Positions 37,644-48,306 of a stretch of DNA of 64,000 nt are shown here, in pieces. The stretch is from a virus (taxonomy: Duplodnaviria > Caudoviricetes). The stretch's first letter is position 1, and each line of letters starts with the position of its first letter. The notes beneath the pieces are model-generated. The model did not search any database and was not told the origin of the DNA. It saw nothing but the letters and a program-made list of their open reading frames with translations. The stretch lies in IMG/VR virus record IMGVR_UViG_3300010163_000002, positions 184,906-248,905 of that record; one strand, given 5' to 3'. The position numbers and the translations under genes were made by a program.

Positions 37644-40600
37644 TTAGTATACCGTAATGCTTATATCTGGAACATTGTATCCCTCTACTGTAGTTGCCAC
37701 ATTAAGGAATTCCATTGGTATATCGGCATCAACTTTATCATCAAGATATAAATGTTGACATGCCGGGCCATATCCATTTACATCCAAAAATTCAAAGTAC
37801 ACTAACTGTTCCCTATAGTTATTTGTAATAAGAGTAATAACATTTGGAATATGGAGTTCGTTAATTACATTGATATCTTCCATGTAATCTTTAATATCAA
37901 GAATGATATCTTCTGTAACATATTTATCTGCAGATGTTTCTGCTTCAAGCTGGAATTTCATATCCAATGCTACGTTATTAATATAGGTGATAACCTTAAC
38001 AGTATCAGCAAGTTTAATCCATCCTTCATATGGATATTTAATATACCCCCATTGACCTCTTACCTTAGTGATATTAACTTGCATACCAAAGTTAAGCCAA
38101 CCAGCAATAGCGGATTCATCATCTTCGTCCTCTGTTCTGGTAAGAACTTTAAGCTTTTCAATAGCAACTTTAACACTATATTCCTCAGATTCTGGAATAT
38201 TATAGTAGAACCTTCTCGATGGTCCATATGTATTAAAGAATTTAACGTCAATACTAAAAGTATCTTCAAGAACACGAACACATTCTTCAGTATATTTTCG
38301 TCTTTCTTCAAGATCAAATATGAATTCTTGCATAAGAGCCTCTGTAGTAAGGTAATTGTTTCTAATCATTGGAACCCTTTTTACTTCATAATTGTAATGA
38401 TACGTTCCATCATCGTTAGTTTTAAATAATGGTATTAATTGGCTATAATCATGCCCAAGAGAATCTGTCCTTTTAATTTCTTTATACAAAGGATTACCAT
38501 CGCTATCAGTTTGAGGTATTTGTTTAACTACAATAGTACTTCTCATTATAGGTGAATAATCATGATAGAAGTCAATTCCTCCATCAATGCTCATTACATT
38601 ACACAATGTCCATCTAGATAAATCTACGTAATTATAAGAATCAATAACTTCAATTACATCTTCATCCTTAAGAAGAATATCTTGAACAAATTCTGAATCT
38701 TTATTATTACGAAGATATCTTAATATTGCTAATTCTGTTTCTTGTTCATTATTATTATATTGCTTAACTTCGTTCATGTATTTAGGGTTGGCCTTCATTA
38801 TGGTAACAACGTTAACTTGATTACCATTCTTTTCAAGGTAAATATCGTTTTTTAAGAAAGAATCTACTATATCGTCTCTTATTGGCAAAATATTTTCGAT
38901 TTCTGTTCTATTACCAATTCCATCTTCTCCATAAAGTATTACTTCTGCAGCTTCTTCAGTAACAGTTCCAGTTTCTGTTTCATCTCCAGGTTTTGTGCCG
39001 AAGTCTGCTAATATATAAATTTTAGCATAAGTATTTTTATTCATATAACCATGAGCATTTGGAAGATTATACTTATGCTGGAATTCTTCTGGTTTACAAT
39101 TATAAATGCCTGTGATATTAATACGATTATTTAAATCCATTAAATCGTCAGTATCCATGGTAAATCTAAATGTATAAGTATGCTGAATTCTTTCATATAT
39201 CATTAATTCAGCTTCAACGTATCTATATGGATTAGTTTCTGATTCATCAGAATACATAACCATTATCATTTTTACTCTAACATCATCGAATACCATATCC
39301 CCGTTATCATCAAAATGGTATAATACAAGATTATACTCACCAGAACTATTATTCTGAGTTATATCTACGTCCATAACGTATTTATAGTCGTATACAGCTT
39401 CATCGCCTTTTGAATCTGTATATATATAATTTCTAGTCCATTTCATATTTGTGGCAACAAACTGAAGATCTGATGCTGTATTAATTGAATCGAAAGCAAA
39501 TGTCTTATTTTCGTCCATTACTGTAAGAAGATATGATGACACTAAATCATCATCAATGCTAATCAAAAATGGAGTAATATATTCATAAACACGTACCATG
39601 TTATTATCTCCATTTATAGTCATTGGATATGGATATTCTTCAGGATCTAATCCTTCTACATATGTAGGCGGATGCAAATATGCAAATGCATTTTCCTGAT
39701 CTGTAATTCCATGGTCGTAGTAATAGAATTTAGTACCGGGAGATATAACTAAATTATTATTACCGGCAAATCCTTTAAAATCGGTTTGATCTAATTTTAT
39801 ATCAAGTGTATTAGTTGGATAAACAAATCCATCTTTTTTCATAAGAAGATAGGAATAATACATACGATCAAATGGATTATCTTTCTTCTTCTTAAAATAT
39901 AATTTACATTCATCATCATTAATGGAATTAAAGAAGTTCGTTAAATCTGTAGTGTTGATTACCGCTCCTCTAGATGATGCTTCTCTAGGAATAATTTTTC
40001 TTAATTTTCTTATTCCTTTTTTATCTTTACCATGATTAGAAATACCATTAAGCAATGGATAAACGAAAGCATACATGCCGTTATAGTTGTTATATTTTTC
40101 ACTCTTAAGACTTGTTCTAAATTTCTTATTATATGTGAAGTTACCATTAGAACCCTCACATGACTGTATATTAATTTTTACAATAGCATTTATAGATGGC
40201 ATATAAGAATCCTGAGAAAATAAAATTCTTATTGTATTGCTATTAATATAAGTATAGTAGCACCATAAGCCGTCCTGAACAGTATAATCAAGCAGACCGG
40301 AATAAATTGGAGTTAAATGTGTAGTCATACCATTTTCAATCACTTCAACATCAAATGCCGCTAATTGATCGTCAAACTCAAATGTAACAGACTTATTTTC
40401 TATTGGACTACTTGTAAGAATATTTTTTTCAATTACTGTTGTGCTAACCTGATGCAATCTTGCTGAAAATGCAAGATAATCTACTCTATCAAGAGTGCAC
40501 TGGATTAGTGTAGTAATATACGGGTTAGTTATATTTGATATTGGATTGCTCTGTTTAACATTTGTAGTTCCAGTCTCAAATAAATCATATATTGCGGTAT

Positions 40601-41087
40601 AAACATAATTTCCCTGGGGGTTTTTAATTCTACTAAAAATTATGTCATAATCAAAATGAAACTCAAATGTATCAACCATAATTGGACATTCTTTAGATAA
40701 TATAAATTTCGCTCTACCAGATGTTTTATCAAATTCTACAAAATTCTGTTCAATATATGAAATTGGTAAATAAAACATCATTGTCATTGTTGCTGGAACA
40801 GCACATATATCTGTTATGCCAAGATTCATAGCATGGTTTATTACATTCTTAGTAAATTTAGCTCTTGTTGGAATAACTTCATTGGTTGATTCTCCAATAA
40901 CAACAAGACTATTTTGCATGGTTTGAGAAAACATTTGGTTCATATACCCAAACATACCAACCATAGAAGAAGTTTCATCCAAGTCAGGTATATTTTCAGA
41001 TCTTACTGCATCCAAGAATTCTGATATTTCATATATATCAGTACTTAATATTTTATTATTTTCAGTATTGGTATTCGTAGAAGCCAT
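37644..41087 (-). CDS. Baseplate wedge-like protein with a C-terminal SH3-like insert
   Basis: 'TRAKFTKNVINHA...PATM', 'CEGSNGNF', 'RGAVINTTDL..FF' resemble baseplate J/wedge proteins; 'VRGQWGYIKYPYEGWIKL' is SH3b-like. Confidence 0.7.
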   Translation of the reverse strand: MASTNTNTENNKILSTDIYEISEFLDAVRSENIPDLDETSSMVGMFGYMNQMFSQTMQNSLVVIGESTNEVIPTRAKFTKNVINHAMNLGITDICAVPATMTMMFYLPISYIEQNFVEFDKTSGRAKFILSKECPIMVDTFEFHFDYDIIFSRIKNPQGNYVYTAIYDLFETGTTNVKQSNPISNITNPYITTLIQCTLDRVDYLAFSARLHQVSTTVIEKNILTSSPIENKSVTFEFDDQLAAFDVEVIENGMTTHLTPIYSGLLDYTVQDGLWCYYTYINSNTIRILFSQDSYMPSINAIVKINIQSCEGSNGNFTYNKKFRTSLKSEKYNNYNGMYAFVYPLLNGISNHGKDKKGIRKLRKIIPREASSRGAVINTTDLTNFFNSINDDECKLYFKKKKDNPFDRMYYSYLLMKKDGFVYPTNTLDIKLDQTDFKGFAGNNNLVISPGTKFYYYDHGITDQENAFAYLHPPTYVEGLDPEEYPYPMTINGDNNMVRVYEYITPFLISIDDDLVSSYLLTVMDENKTFAFDSINTASDLQFVATNMKWTRNYIYTDSKGDEAVYDYKYVMDVDITQNNSSGEYNLVLYHFDDNGDMVFDDVRVKMIMVMYSDESETNPYRYVEAELMIYERIQHTYTFRFTMDTDDLMDLNNRINITGIYNCKPEEFQHKYNLPNAHGYMNKNTYAKIYILADFGTKPGDETETGTVTEEAAEVILYGEDGIGNRTEIENILPIRDDIVDSFLKNDIYLEKNGNQVNVVTIMKANPKYMNEVKQYNNNEQETELAILRYLRNNKDSEFVQDILLKDEDVIEVIDSYNYVDLSRWTLCNVMSIDGGIDFYHDYSPIMRSTIVVKQIPQTDSDGNPLYKEIKRTDSLGHDYSQLIPLFKTNDDGTYHYNYEVKRVPMIRNNYLTTEALMQEFIFDLEERRKYTEECVRVLEDTFSIDVKFFNTYGPSRRFYYNIPESEEYSVKVAIEKLKVLTRTEDEDDESAIAGWLNFGMQVNITKVRGQWGYIKYPYEGWIKLADTVKVITYINNVALDMKFQLEAETSADKYVTEDIILDIKDYMEDINVINELHIPNVITLITNNYREQLVYFEFLDVNGYGPACQHLYLDDKVDADIPMEFLNVATTVEGYNVPDISITVY

Positions 41088-41107
41088 TATTTATATCCCT
41101 CCTTTAT

Positions 41108-42682
41108 TTAATACCATTTCATTCTATAATCATGATGTGTTCCTCTACGAGCAACCCTCTTATCGTCATTATTAACTCTAACAACTTTAGGAAATGTTGC
41201 CCATTGATTATCAACCATTCCTAATGAAAGATTATATACGTCTAGATAAGTTCCATTAATAACATTAGGAGATATTCTATTGAAATCTGTTAATATCATT
41301 GGATTATTATCTTCTACAAATTGAGCGTGAAATGATAATGAGAATTTAAATCCATCTTGAGACGGATCTCCGAAATCAGATCTTGGAACATCGGTAAAAT
41401 ATACCCCTGTAAGTTTTGCATAATATAATATAGTCTCACCATCTGATCCTATAAGAAATTTATATACGGAAAATTGTTCTGGCATTGCTCTAGAAAGTAT
41501 ATACGCTTTATGTTTATCATCAAATTTTGTTATTTCTCCCATTTTAAGCATTTTGAGATATTCATCATATACTTTTACCATGGTATATATCTCAAGCTGA
41601 GGAGTATCAGTAAAGCTTAAAGAAAAATCATAACTATTATCTGATTTAAAACTGTGGCCGCGATATTGAATATTCGTACCCATAATAGTTTGAGTGCTTT
41701 CCTGGGAATCTACCGATATCCCAGGCAAATCCAATTTGGAAGTAACAGAATTAGATAAAAGATACATAAATGGATTGCTATTGCCATTTTTATCTTTCAC
41801 CGAATATTGCAATTGTAGCAACGCTTCTTTATTTCTTTCTGCAGCATCTTTAAAAAATGGTATACCTGCTAACTCTGTGTTAAGTGTTACAGAATCTGAT
41901 TTTGGCCCATCAAATAAATATAGATCTGGTTTAGTAAAGAATAACCATTCTGTACAAACAGTGTCTGTATTAAATGGATCTATAAACCCATATCTATTGA
42001 ATTTATTATAATAATCAATATCAGACATTGGGAATAGCCCATTTGCAGCCATTGCTTTGGTAAGATTCTCTATCATAAATATTTTTTCTTTATTAGTAGC
42101 AGAGGCACCGTACTTCATAATATTTTTGCCAGTAAACGGACTCATATCGCTTAATTTAGATTTACTATAATTTGATGTATAACTAACTGTAGCGGTCCCC
42201 CTATCAGCTAGCATATTTTTCACGTTTTCTTCATGAGCGGCATTAGCTGCTTGTATGGCTTTTTTATTTTCTATGCTTTTAGTTAATGCAGATATATCTA
42301 AAACTACTTTAGACTTATCGGATTTGGCAGCTTTAAGTTTGGCTTTTTCATCTTTTATTTGTTCACTATATTCTTTAGCTTTTTTTGTTTTACCATCTTT
42401 TTTATATTTATTATATTTAGCAGTAAGATTATTGATTTTATTTTCTATAGAAGCTATATTGGTACTTATTTTAGTTTTTTCCTGCCTTTTCTTACTTAAT
42501 TCTTCCTGAAGTTGTTCTATTGTAGGATCTGAAGCTGATTTTGATTTAAGCTTAACAGAGCTATTTTGAATAACCATTGGATCAACGGTTTTAATATTAG
42601 CAGTAGCAGGTTTCTGCTGTTGAACGGCATTTTTTATTTCAGATACGCTTACTGGTTTTAGATTTATATCCTTCTCGGCCAT
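41108..42682 (-). CDS. Tail/baseplate structural protein (tube-like fold) with N-terminal coiled coil
   Basis: 'WLFFTKPDL', 'FSLSFTD', 'YYAKLTGVYFTDVP'; late motif at 42707-42719. Confidence 0.55.
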   Translation of the reverse strand: MAEKDINLKPVSVSEIKNAVQQQKPATANIKTVDPMVIQNSSVKLKSKSASDPTIEQLQEELSKKRQEKTKISTNIASIENKINNLTAKYNKYKKDGKTKKAKEYSEQIKDEKAKLKAAKSDKSKVVLDISALTKSIENKKAIQAANAAHEENVKNMLADRGTATVSYTSNYSKSKLSDMSPFTGKNIMKYGASATNKEKIFMIENLTKAMAANGLFPMSDIDYYNKFNRYGFIDPFNTDTVCTEWLFFTKPDLYLFDGPKSDSVTLNTELAGIPFFKDAAERNKEALLQLQYSVKDKNGNSNPFMYLLSNSVTSKLDLPGISVDSQESTQTIMGTNIQYRGHSFKSDNSYDFSLSFTDTPQLEIYTMVKVYDEYLKMLKMGEITKFDDKHKAYILSRAMPEQFSVYKFLIGSDGETILYYAKLTGVYFTDVPRSDFGDPSQDGFKFSLSFHAQFVEDNNPMILTDFNRISPNVINGTYLDVYNLSLGMVDNQWATFPKVVRVNNDDKRVARRGTHHDYRMKWY

Positions 42683-42762
42683 ATATACCCACCTCCGGAC
42701 TTTTAATTACATCTATGTTTCAGGGCCAGAAATATACCCATCCTGTATAAAACCAGTGATAA

Positions 42763-42774
42763 TTATATATTATA
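42763..42774 (+). promoter_or_regulatory. Representative early-type promoter motif TTRTATATYATA (7 sites)
   Basis: Plus: 18253, 42763. Minus: 11177, 33607, 52807, 55710, 56846. Confidence 0.6.
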
Positions 42775-42783
42775 AACGTAGTT

Positions 42784-43234
42784 AATAAAGAGATTGTAGG
42801 TAATATATACGTTATAAAATCCAAAATTCCCCCACGTAAAAGTGATTGATATATTTCAATTAAATTATAATAAGGGAATAGGTGATTTATATGGCGAACA
42901 AATATCTTAAAGGCGGAGCTATTAATCCAGCATGGGCTGATGAGCAGGAGGCTGACAGAATTACTGAAAACATACTTAATATGATCGAAAGCGGATGTGT
43001 AAGTAAATTATTATTTGAAGCAATAGGAGGTGTTGCAATAGAAATAGAAAATCCGGGAAGTAATTATGAACCAGAAAATAAAAGTAATGGTAATTCGTTA
43101 GAAGAAATCTTTCAGTTCATTAAAGATCATAGTGATAACGAAGAAGATCTGAAATTAGCAAGAGAAATTGCCGGTTTAGATTAAATATAATTCTTATAGT
43201 ATTGTAAAACGTACGAATTCGCAATCTCTTTATT
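42784..43234. repeat. Long-range inverted repeat enclosing the 42891..43184 gene
   Basis: AATAAAGAGATTG (42784-42796) / CAATCTCTTTATT (43222-43234), plus TACGTT (42808) / AACGTA (43208). Confidence 0.75.
42891..43184 (+). CDS. Small acidic hypothetical protein in a stand-alone early-type unit
   Basis: AGGTGA RBS; early motif at 42763-42774; flanked by a 13-bp inverted repeat. Confidence 0.6.
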   Translation: MANKYLKGGAINPAWADEQEADRITENILNMIESGCVSKLLFEAIGGVAIEIENPGSNYEPENKSNGNSLEEIFQFIKDHSDNEEDLKLAREIAGLD

Positions 43235-43282
43235 TTTTTGCCATAAAACATACTAATAAAATTCGAAAGGAGGCCGAATAAT

Positions 43283-44650
43283 ATGAATCAATGTCAATTG
43301 TTACACGAAACAATTATCAGGGATGTCTTAGATACCATTGATAGTGTAAAGGACTTTGATCAGGTCGAATGGATTAGAAATAGAAACAATATTGGCTCTA
43401 TTGCTAGGAGAGCGAGTAATTTAATTCTCGTATTTCCGGTAATTTGTTCTACTTCTATTAGCATTCAGACCGCGACACTTATCACAAAAGCCATTGAAAG
43501 AAAATGTGTATCATTACTGCAAATTTTGTTTAGCTCTATTCAGCTAACAAGTGCAGATAATATGTATGATTACATCCGTCAATTTCACACGAATCTTGAT
43601 CTTCGTAGTGGACTAACTCTCGATGACTTTATGTATGTAATGGACAAGATGGTCGATGAAGGAGCTGTAAATGTAACCGACGTAGAAGCATATCAGGCTG
43701 TCAAAGAAGACATGCATAATATTAATTATTATCTTAGCAGAGAGCTTAATCCTGTTTCGATCAATGATTATCGTATGCAGAAAAATGCATACGGAGAATC
43801 TCATGTTGTAAGAGAACATTACGTTCAAGAAGCTCCAAATACATTTTTCCAAATTAACAATAAAAAACAATTTGCTGCAGCAGTGGGCAACGAGATTCAT
43901 AAATCTGTAAATGACGCTATTAATAAGCGCAATAATGACATTGCAAATCAGAATAAAGATCTTAAAACTCAGATTGATTACTTCAGATTCCAGCTATCGC
44001 CAAATGAAGTTGAGAAGGCAAATCAGTTAACTCCAACCATTATGATGGTAAATTTCACTAATATTAAAGACGGTACAAAGCATACTACTACTGGAATGAT
44101 TGGTGTTAAAGCTAAGTTGTATCCGGTAGATTCTATGGATATTGTAAACAGAATTGCATCCAAATATAAAGATTCCAATGGATTATTCAATTTGGTAAGA
44201 GCGTCAACAAGAGAAATCTCTTTCATCAAAGATTTAGCATTTGCAATTGACAAAGCTAAATTCGACGCTATTAATATGGCCAAGGAATCTAATAATGCAA
44301 AAATGTTTAAGGTCCTTGAGCGTAGAGCAAACAGAGATATGATGCTTTCATTAATGAAGAAAAATGATGCTTCTCCGATTACTTCTCTTGTAATTTCTCA
44401 GGAGGAAGTGGAGTATCTTAAGAAATATAATTCTGTAGATATGGAAAAATCATATGTTACTAACAGTATCCTTAATAAGTATAATCTTATGGATATTGTA
44501 ATTGCCGATGAATCTCTTGAAGTTGCAAAGTTCTTATTTGATGATGGAGATCAAGTATTCGAAGTATTGTCATTCGACTCTCTTGAAAAAGAAGCAAAAG
44601 ACTCCTCATATAAGAAAGTTGTAAATCTTATGAGTAGATTAAATCGTTAA
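43283..44650 (+). CDS. Virion head structural protein
   Basis: First gene of a late operon (motif at 43247-43259); LHET/VQEA putative maturation sites. Confidence 0.55.
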   Translation: MNQCQLLHETIIRDVLDTIDSVKDFDQVEWIRNRNNIGSIARRASNLILVFPVICSTSISIQTATLITKAIERKCVSLLQILFSSIQLTSADNMYDYIRQFHTNLDLRSGLTLDDFMYVMDKMVDEGAVNVTDVEAYQAVKEDMHNINYYLSRELNPVSINDYRMQKNAYGESHVVREHYVQEAPNTFFQINNKKQFAAAVGNEIHKSVNDAINKRNNDIANQNKDLKTQIDYFRFQLSPNEVEKANQLTPTIMMVNFTNIKDGTKHTTTGMIGVKAKLYPVDSMDIVNRIASKYKDSNGLFNLVRASTREISFIKDLAFAIDKAKFDAINMAKESNNAKMFKVLERRANRDMMLSLMKKNDASPITSLVISQEEVEYLKKYNSVDMEKSYVTNSILNKYNLMDIVIADESLEVAKFLFDDGDQVFEVLSFDSLEKEAKDSSYKKVVNLMSRLNR

Positions 44651-44672
44651 TAGAAAGGAGGTAAAATAAGTC

Positions 44673-45788
44673 ATGTACACATATGAAAGACCTACACCGG
44701 CAGTTCAGCATGATTTTACCGGATGTATGATTGATGAAGCTGATACGATTAAAACATTTGATTATTCTTCAATTCATAGATCGAGAGAATTCAATGAAGC
44801 AATGGAATACTTCGATAAAGAAGACAAAATGACTCGTGCTGTACTTCTTTCTGTTAATGAGGCTGATCAGAATCTTGTGATGACATCGCTGGCCAATAAG
44901 CTTTATAAACATATAACAGATAAAGTAGATGATATTGATTTTGGCACAATTCCAAATTCTCGTGGTGACATCACTAAGATTGATAACTATGATGGGTTGG
45001 TGGATTGTACTAATATTATCGCTGAAGTGCTTCAGCAGTATCATCAGGATACAAAGAATGTCGAAATCGTTTCTGCGGCATTGCAGAATATGATTGATAG
45101 AAGAGATATGTTCGAGAAAGCATACAAACTCAATATTGAAATGCCAATTGTTATTTATAATACAATTGCATTATCTATTGTAAGTGGAGTTTCTCTTATA
45201 ATTGCCTCTACAATTGAATTCATTAAGATGCCGGATGATCAGGGATTTAATATTTCTGTAGATAGAGTTTCTGCGGTAAAAACTAAAGATGCTGTATTAT
45301 ACAGGGATCTTGAGAAATTCAACAGAATGTGTTCCGATGGTTCATTCGATAAAGCTATGGACTATGTAATGAAACAGAACGCAAATAACTTTGCTGGGGC
45401 TGGCTTTGTATTTGGAGTTAGCTCAACTGTAGTTATTCTTGGTATTCTGTTAAGTTTGATTCCTCTTATTAGAGAATTAATCTTTTTCTTCTATTATTCA
45501 AGATCTAAAGCATCTAACTACTTTGATGCTCAGTCTTCTCTCCTTTTGATTAATGCTGCAAATATTGAGAATAATCTTACAAGAGATGAAAAGAAGAAGA
45601 AAGAAATTGTTGCTAAACAGAAAAAGATTGCTGAGATCTTTAAGAAGATTTCAAATACTCTTAAAGTAGAAACAAAAACAGGTGAAAAGAAAGCAGAGTC
45701 TGAAATCAATAAACTTGATAGTCAGAAGCTCAAACAGGATGAAGTTCTTGATAGAATTCCTGATTCTTCAAACTCTGTACTATTCTAA
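44673..45788 (+). CDS. Virion protein with hydrophobic C-terminal segment (possible membrane-spanning ejection protein)
   Basis: IDEA/FNEA/VNEA motifs; hydrophobic 'GFVFGVSSTVVILGILLSLIPLIRELIFFFYY'. Confidence 0.5.
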   Translation: MYTYERPTPAVQHDFTGCMIDEADTIKTFDYSSIHRSREFNEAMEYFDKEDKMTRAVLLSVNEADQNLVMTSLANKLYKHITDKVDDIDFGTIPNSRGDITKIDNYDGLVDCTNIIAEVLQQYHQDTKNVEIVSAALQNMIDRRDMFEKAYKLNIEMPIVIYNTIALSIVSGVSLIIASTIEFIKMPDDQGFNISVDRVSAVKTKDAVLYRDLEKFNRMCSDGSFDKAMDYVMKQNANNFAGAGFVFGVSSTVVILGILLSLIPLIRELIFFFYYSRSKASNYFDAQSSLLLINAANIENNLTRDEKKKKEIVAKQKKIAEIFKKISNTLKVETKTGEKKAESEINKLDSQKLKQDEVLDRIPDSSNSVLF

Positions 45789-45900
45789 CAAAATAAACAT
45801 ATAATTAAATTATAAGAAGGTATACTCTTATATTACTTATAATGAATTTTTGCTTGAATGACCTAAAATCCTAAAATTAAAATAAGGAGGAAATAAAGAT

Positions 45901-47106
45901 ATGATTTTTAACAACAATGCGACATCTTTGGGAGCATATGATATTCCTATGGCTGAGGGATATGACTGCTCTTTCGGCGCAGCTCTCGCTCTTGTAGAGT
46001 CTGCAAGAAACGACTATGCTATGTTCCAGGCTATGATTGGAGCAGATTATAGAGAAATGCAGATCTGTAAGGAATCTGCCGGTTCTGTTATGGAAGGTGA
46101 AGTTGCTTCCCTTCATGAAGCTGTTGGCGGCGGTATCTGGGCAAAGATCAAAGAGCTCTTCTCCAAGCTTATCGCTAAGGTTAAGGGTATCTTCCACAAC
46201 TTCATCGCTAAAATCCGTGGTTTGTGGATGAAGGATAAGGATCTTGTTAAGAAGTATGGCCCTGAAGTTGCAAAGAAAACAAATATCGGCAATCTTGAGG
46301 TTAAATGGCGTAAGGTTAAAAAGGCGATTGACTGGAGCGATACAGCTACAAGTATTACTCTTGATGATCTTGCGGCAAATTGGAAAAATGAGCGCGATGA
46401 AATCTTTAAACATTATTCTGACGGCAAGTCTGAAACTGCATCAGAATATGCTAAAGCTCTTGAAGAAGAGTATCTTGAAGATGAAGATACTGTAAAATTG
46501 AGTGAGGCCGGCGGTATTCGTTCAATCATGTCCTTCCTTGAAGGCTATGGCAGCAAATCAAGGAAGATGGAAAGTAATATCAATAAATTCACCAATGCAC
46601 TTGCAAAAATGGTGAAGGATGCTGATACAAAAGCAAAGGATGTAGCTAAAGAAAAAGGTTATGATCCTGCTAATGCAGACGTACAGAAAGCTAACCACGC
46701 ATATGAATCTGCTGTGGTATTCCAGGATGTAAAGCTTACTCTTACAAGTACGCTTGCTAAGCTTTCTACAACAGAATATAAGCAGAATAAGGCTGCATTC
46801 ATGAAAGCTGTTACTGCTAATAACAGCAAGCTTGCTGAAGCTACATATCTTGATGCTGTTGCAGAGGCCGCTGAGCAGGAAGTAGAAGATGTTATCGGTT
46901 CTGCCCTGTCTGATGAAGAGCTCAGCGAGCTGTGTTCTGCATCTAAAAATGTTAAAGACGGCGATGTTACAGATGATCCTGATGCTTTAACATATGGCCC
47001 TAACCAGTACACAAAGAATGCATGCTTTGGTTCGTCTGATGGATCTATCGATACTCATATCGACAGCAAAAAGGAATCTGCATTCTTCGGTGAGCTGCTT
47101 TACTAA
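45901..47106 (+). CDS. Internal head protein, paralogue 1
   Basis: 'LHEA-VGGGIWAKIKELFSKLIAKVKGIFHNF...KDKDLVKKY'; late motif at 45796-45808. Confidence 0.65.
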   Translation: MIFNNNATSLGAYDIPMAEGYDCSFGAALALVESARNDYAMFQAMIGADYREMQICKESAGSVMEGEVASLHEAVGGGIWAKIKELFSKLIAKVKGIFHNFIAKIRGLWMKDKDLVKKYGPEVAKKTNIGNLEVKWRKVKKAIDWSDTATSITLDDLAANWKNERDEIFKHYSDGKSETASEYAKALEEEYLEDEDTVKLSEAGGIRSIMSFLEGYGSKSRKMESNINKFTNALAKMVKDADTKAKDVAKEKGYDPANADVQKANHAYESAVVFQDVKLTLTSTLAKLSTTEYKQNKAAFMKAVTANNSKLAEATYLDAVAEAAEQEVEDVIGSALSDEELSELCSASKNVKDGDVTDDPDALTYGPNQYTKNACFGSSDGSIDTHIDSKKESAFFGELLY

Positions 47107-47129
47107 TTAAAATAAGGAGGAAATAAGAT

Positions 47130-48179
47130 ATGATTTTCGCAGAAGCAACATCTGGACAGATGTCCTATGAAAACATCAATGAGAGCCCGTACGATCTTGG
47201 CATCGGCGGAGCTCTTATGCATGTATATGAGAACGAGTGCAACTACAACGCAATTATGAAGGCTGCAGCTATCAGCGAGATGCGCTATTACAACGAGACT
47301 GGCGGAGACCTGTTTGTTCAGGAAGCAGGAGCGCTCAGCGGATTCTTTGAGAAGGTTAAAGCATTCTTCAAGAAAGTTATCGAGAAGATTAAGTCCATCT
47401 TCAAGAAATTCGTTGCAAAGATCAACCAGTTTACCATGAAGGATAAGGACTTCGTTAAGAAGTATCGTGATCAGATCGCAAGAAAGAACCTTACTGATTT
47501 TGAATTTGATGGGTACAAGTTCGCTGGTAATCTTGCAGGTAAACTTAATCTGACTGTACCGGCAAATACTCTTATCGCTGGGGTAGACCATACAAAGGAT
47601 TCTGATGCTATCAACGATGTATGCGAAACTAATCGTGGTAAAATTATTGATGGCAAAGTAGCGCTTACAGAATCTGAATTTAGAGATGAGTTGCGTGAAG
47701 TTCTTTATGGTGATAAAGAAAGCTTCAAACCATCTATCAGGGACGAGTTTGATTTCATTGATAACACTCAGAAGGCGATCAAAGAAAATGAAAAAACCCA
47801 GAAAGATACGATTAAAATTATTGAAGATATCATCAAGGATATTGACAAAAATATTAAAACTCTGTCTAGCAAAAAGGCAGGTGACACAAAATTATCTACT
47901 CCAAATAAATATGGCGTAAGTTCGGGAGAACTTAGCTCCAAATATACTGATAATGAATCTGCAGATAATGCTACTAAAGCAGCAACAAACAGAGTAACTG
48001 TTTACAAATCCTTCTCTAATGACCTTACCGTAGCATTCGGCGCTGTATCTAAGGCTATTGTTGATCGTAACCGTCAGGCTAAGGCTATCTGTGTTAAGGC
48101 GCTGTCCTACAAGCATGAGAGTGCGACTGTATATGGCGGCGGAGCAGATGATATCTTTGCTAACGTTCAGATTGTTTAA
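47130..48179 (+). CDS. Internal head protein, paralogue 2
   Basis: 'VQEA-GALSGFFEKVKAFFKKVIEKIKSIFKKF...KDKDFVKKY'; leader AATTAAAATAAGGAGGAAATAA is identical to that of paralogue 1. Confidence 0.65.
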   Translation: MIFAEATSGQMSYENINESPYDLGIGGALMHVYENECNYNAIMKAAAISEMRYYNETGGDLFVQEAGALSGFFEKVKAFFKKVIEKIKSIFKKFVAKINQFTMKDKDFVKKYRDQIARKNLTDFEFDGYKFAGNLAGKLNLTVPANTLIAGVDHTKDSDAINDVCETNRGKIIDGKVALTESEFRDELREVLYGDKESFKPSIRDEFDFIDNTQKAIKENEKTQKDTIKIIEDIIKDIDKNIKTLSSKKAGDTKLSTPNKYGVSSGELSSKYTDNESADNATKAATNRVTVYKSFSNDLTVAFGAVSKAIVDRNRQAKAICVKALSYKHESATVYGGGADDIFANVQIV

Positions 48180-48209
48180 TTACTCTTAAATAATCCAGTA
48201 TAATTAATA

Positions 48210-48235
48210 TGGAGGGTGGTTGATTCCACCCTCCA
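48210..48235. terminator. Hairpin
   Basis: TGGAGGGTGG-ttgatt-CCACCCTCCA. Confidence 0.65.
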
Positions 48236-48306
48236 GTTATTAAGACTTTTTTAACCTTAAGACATTTAAGTAATTTACTATAATATAGAAAGGAGCATTC
48301 ATAATC

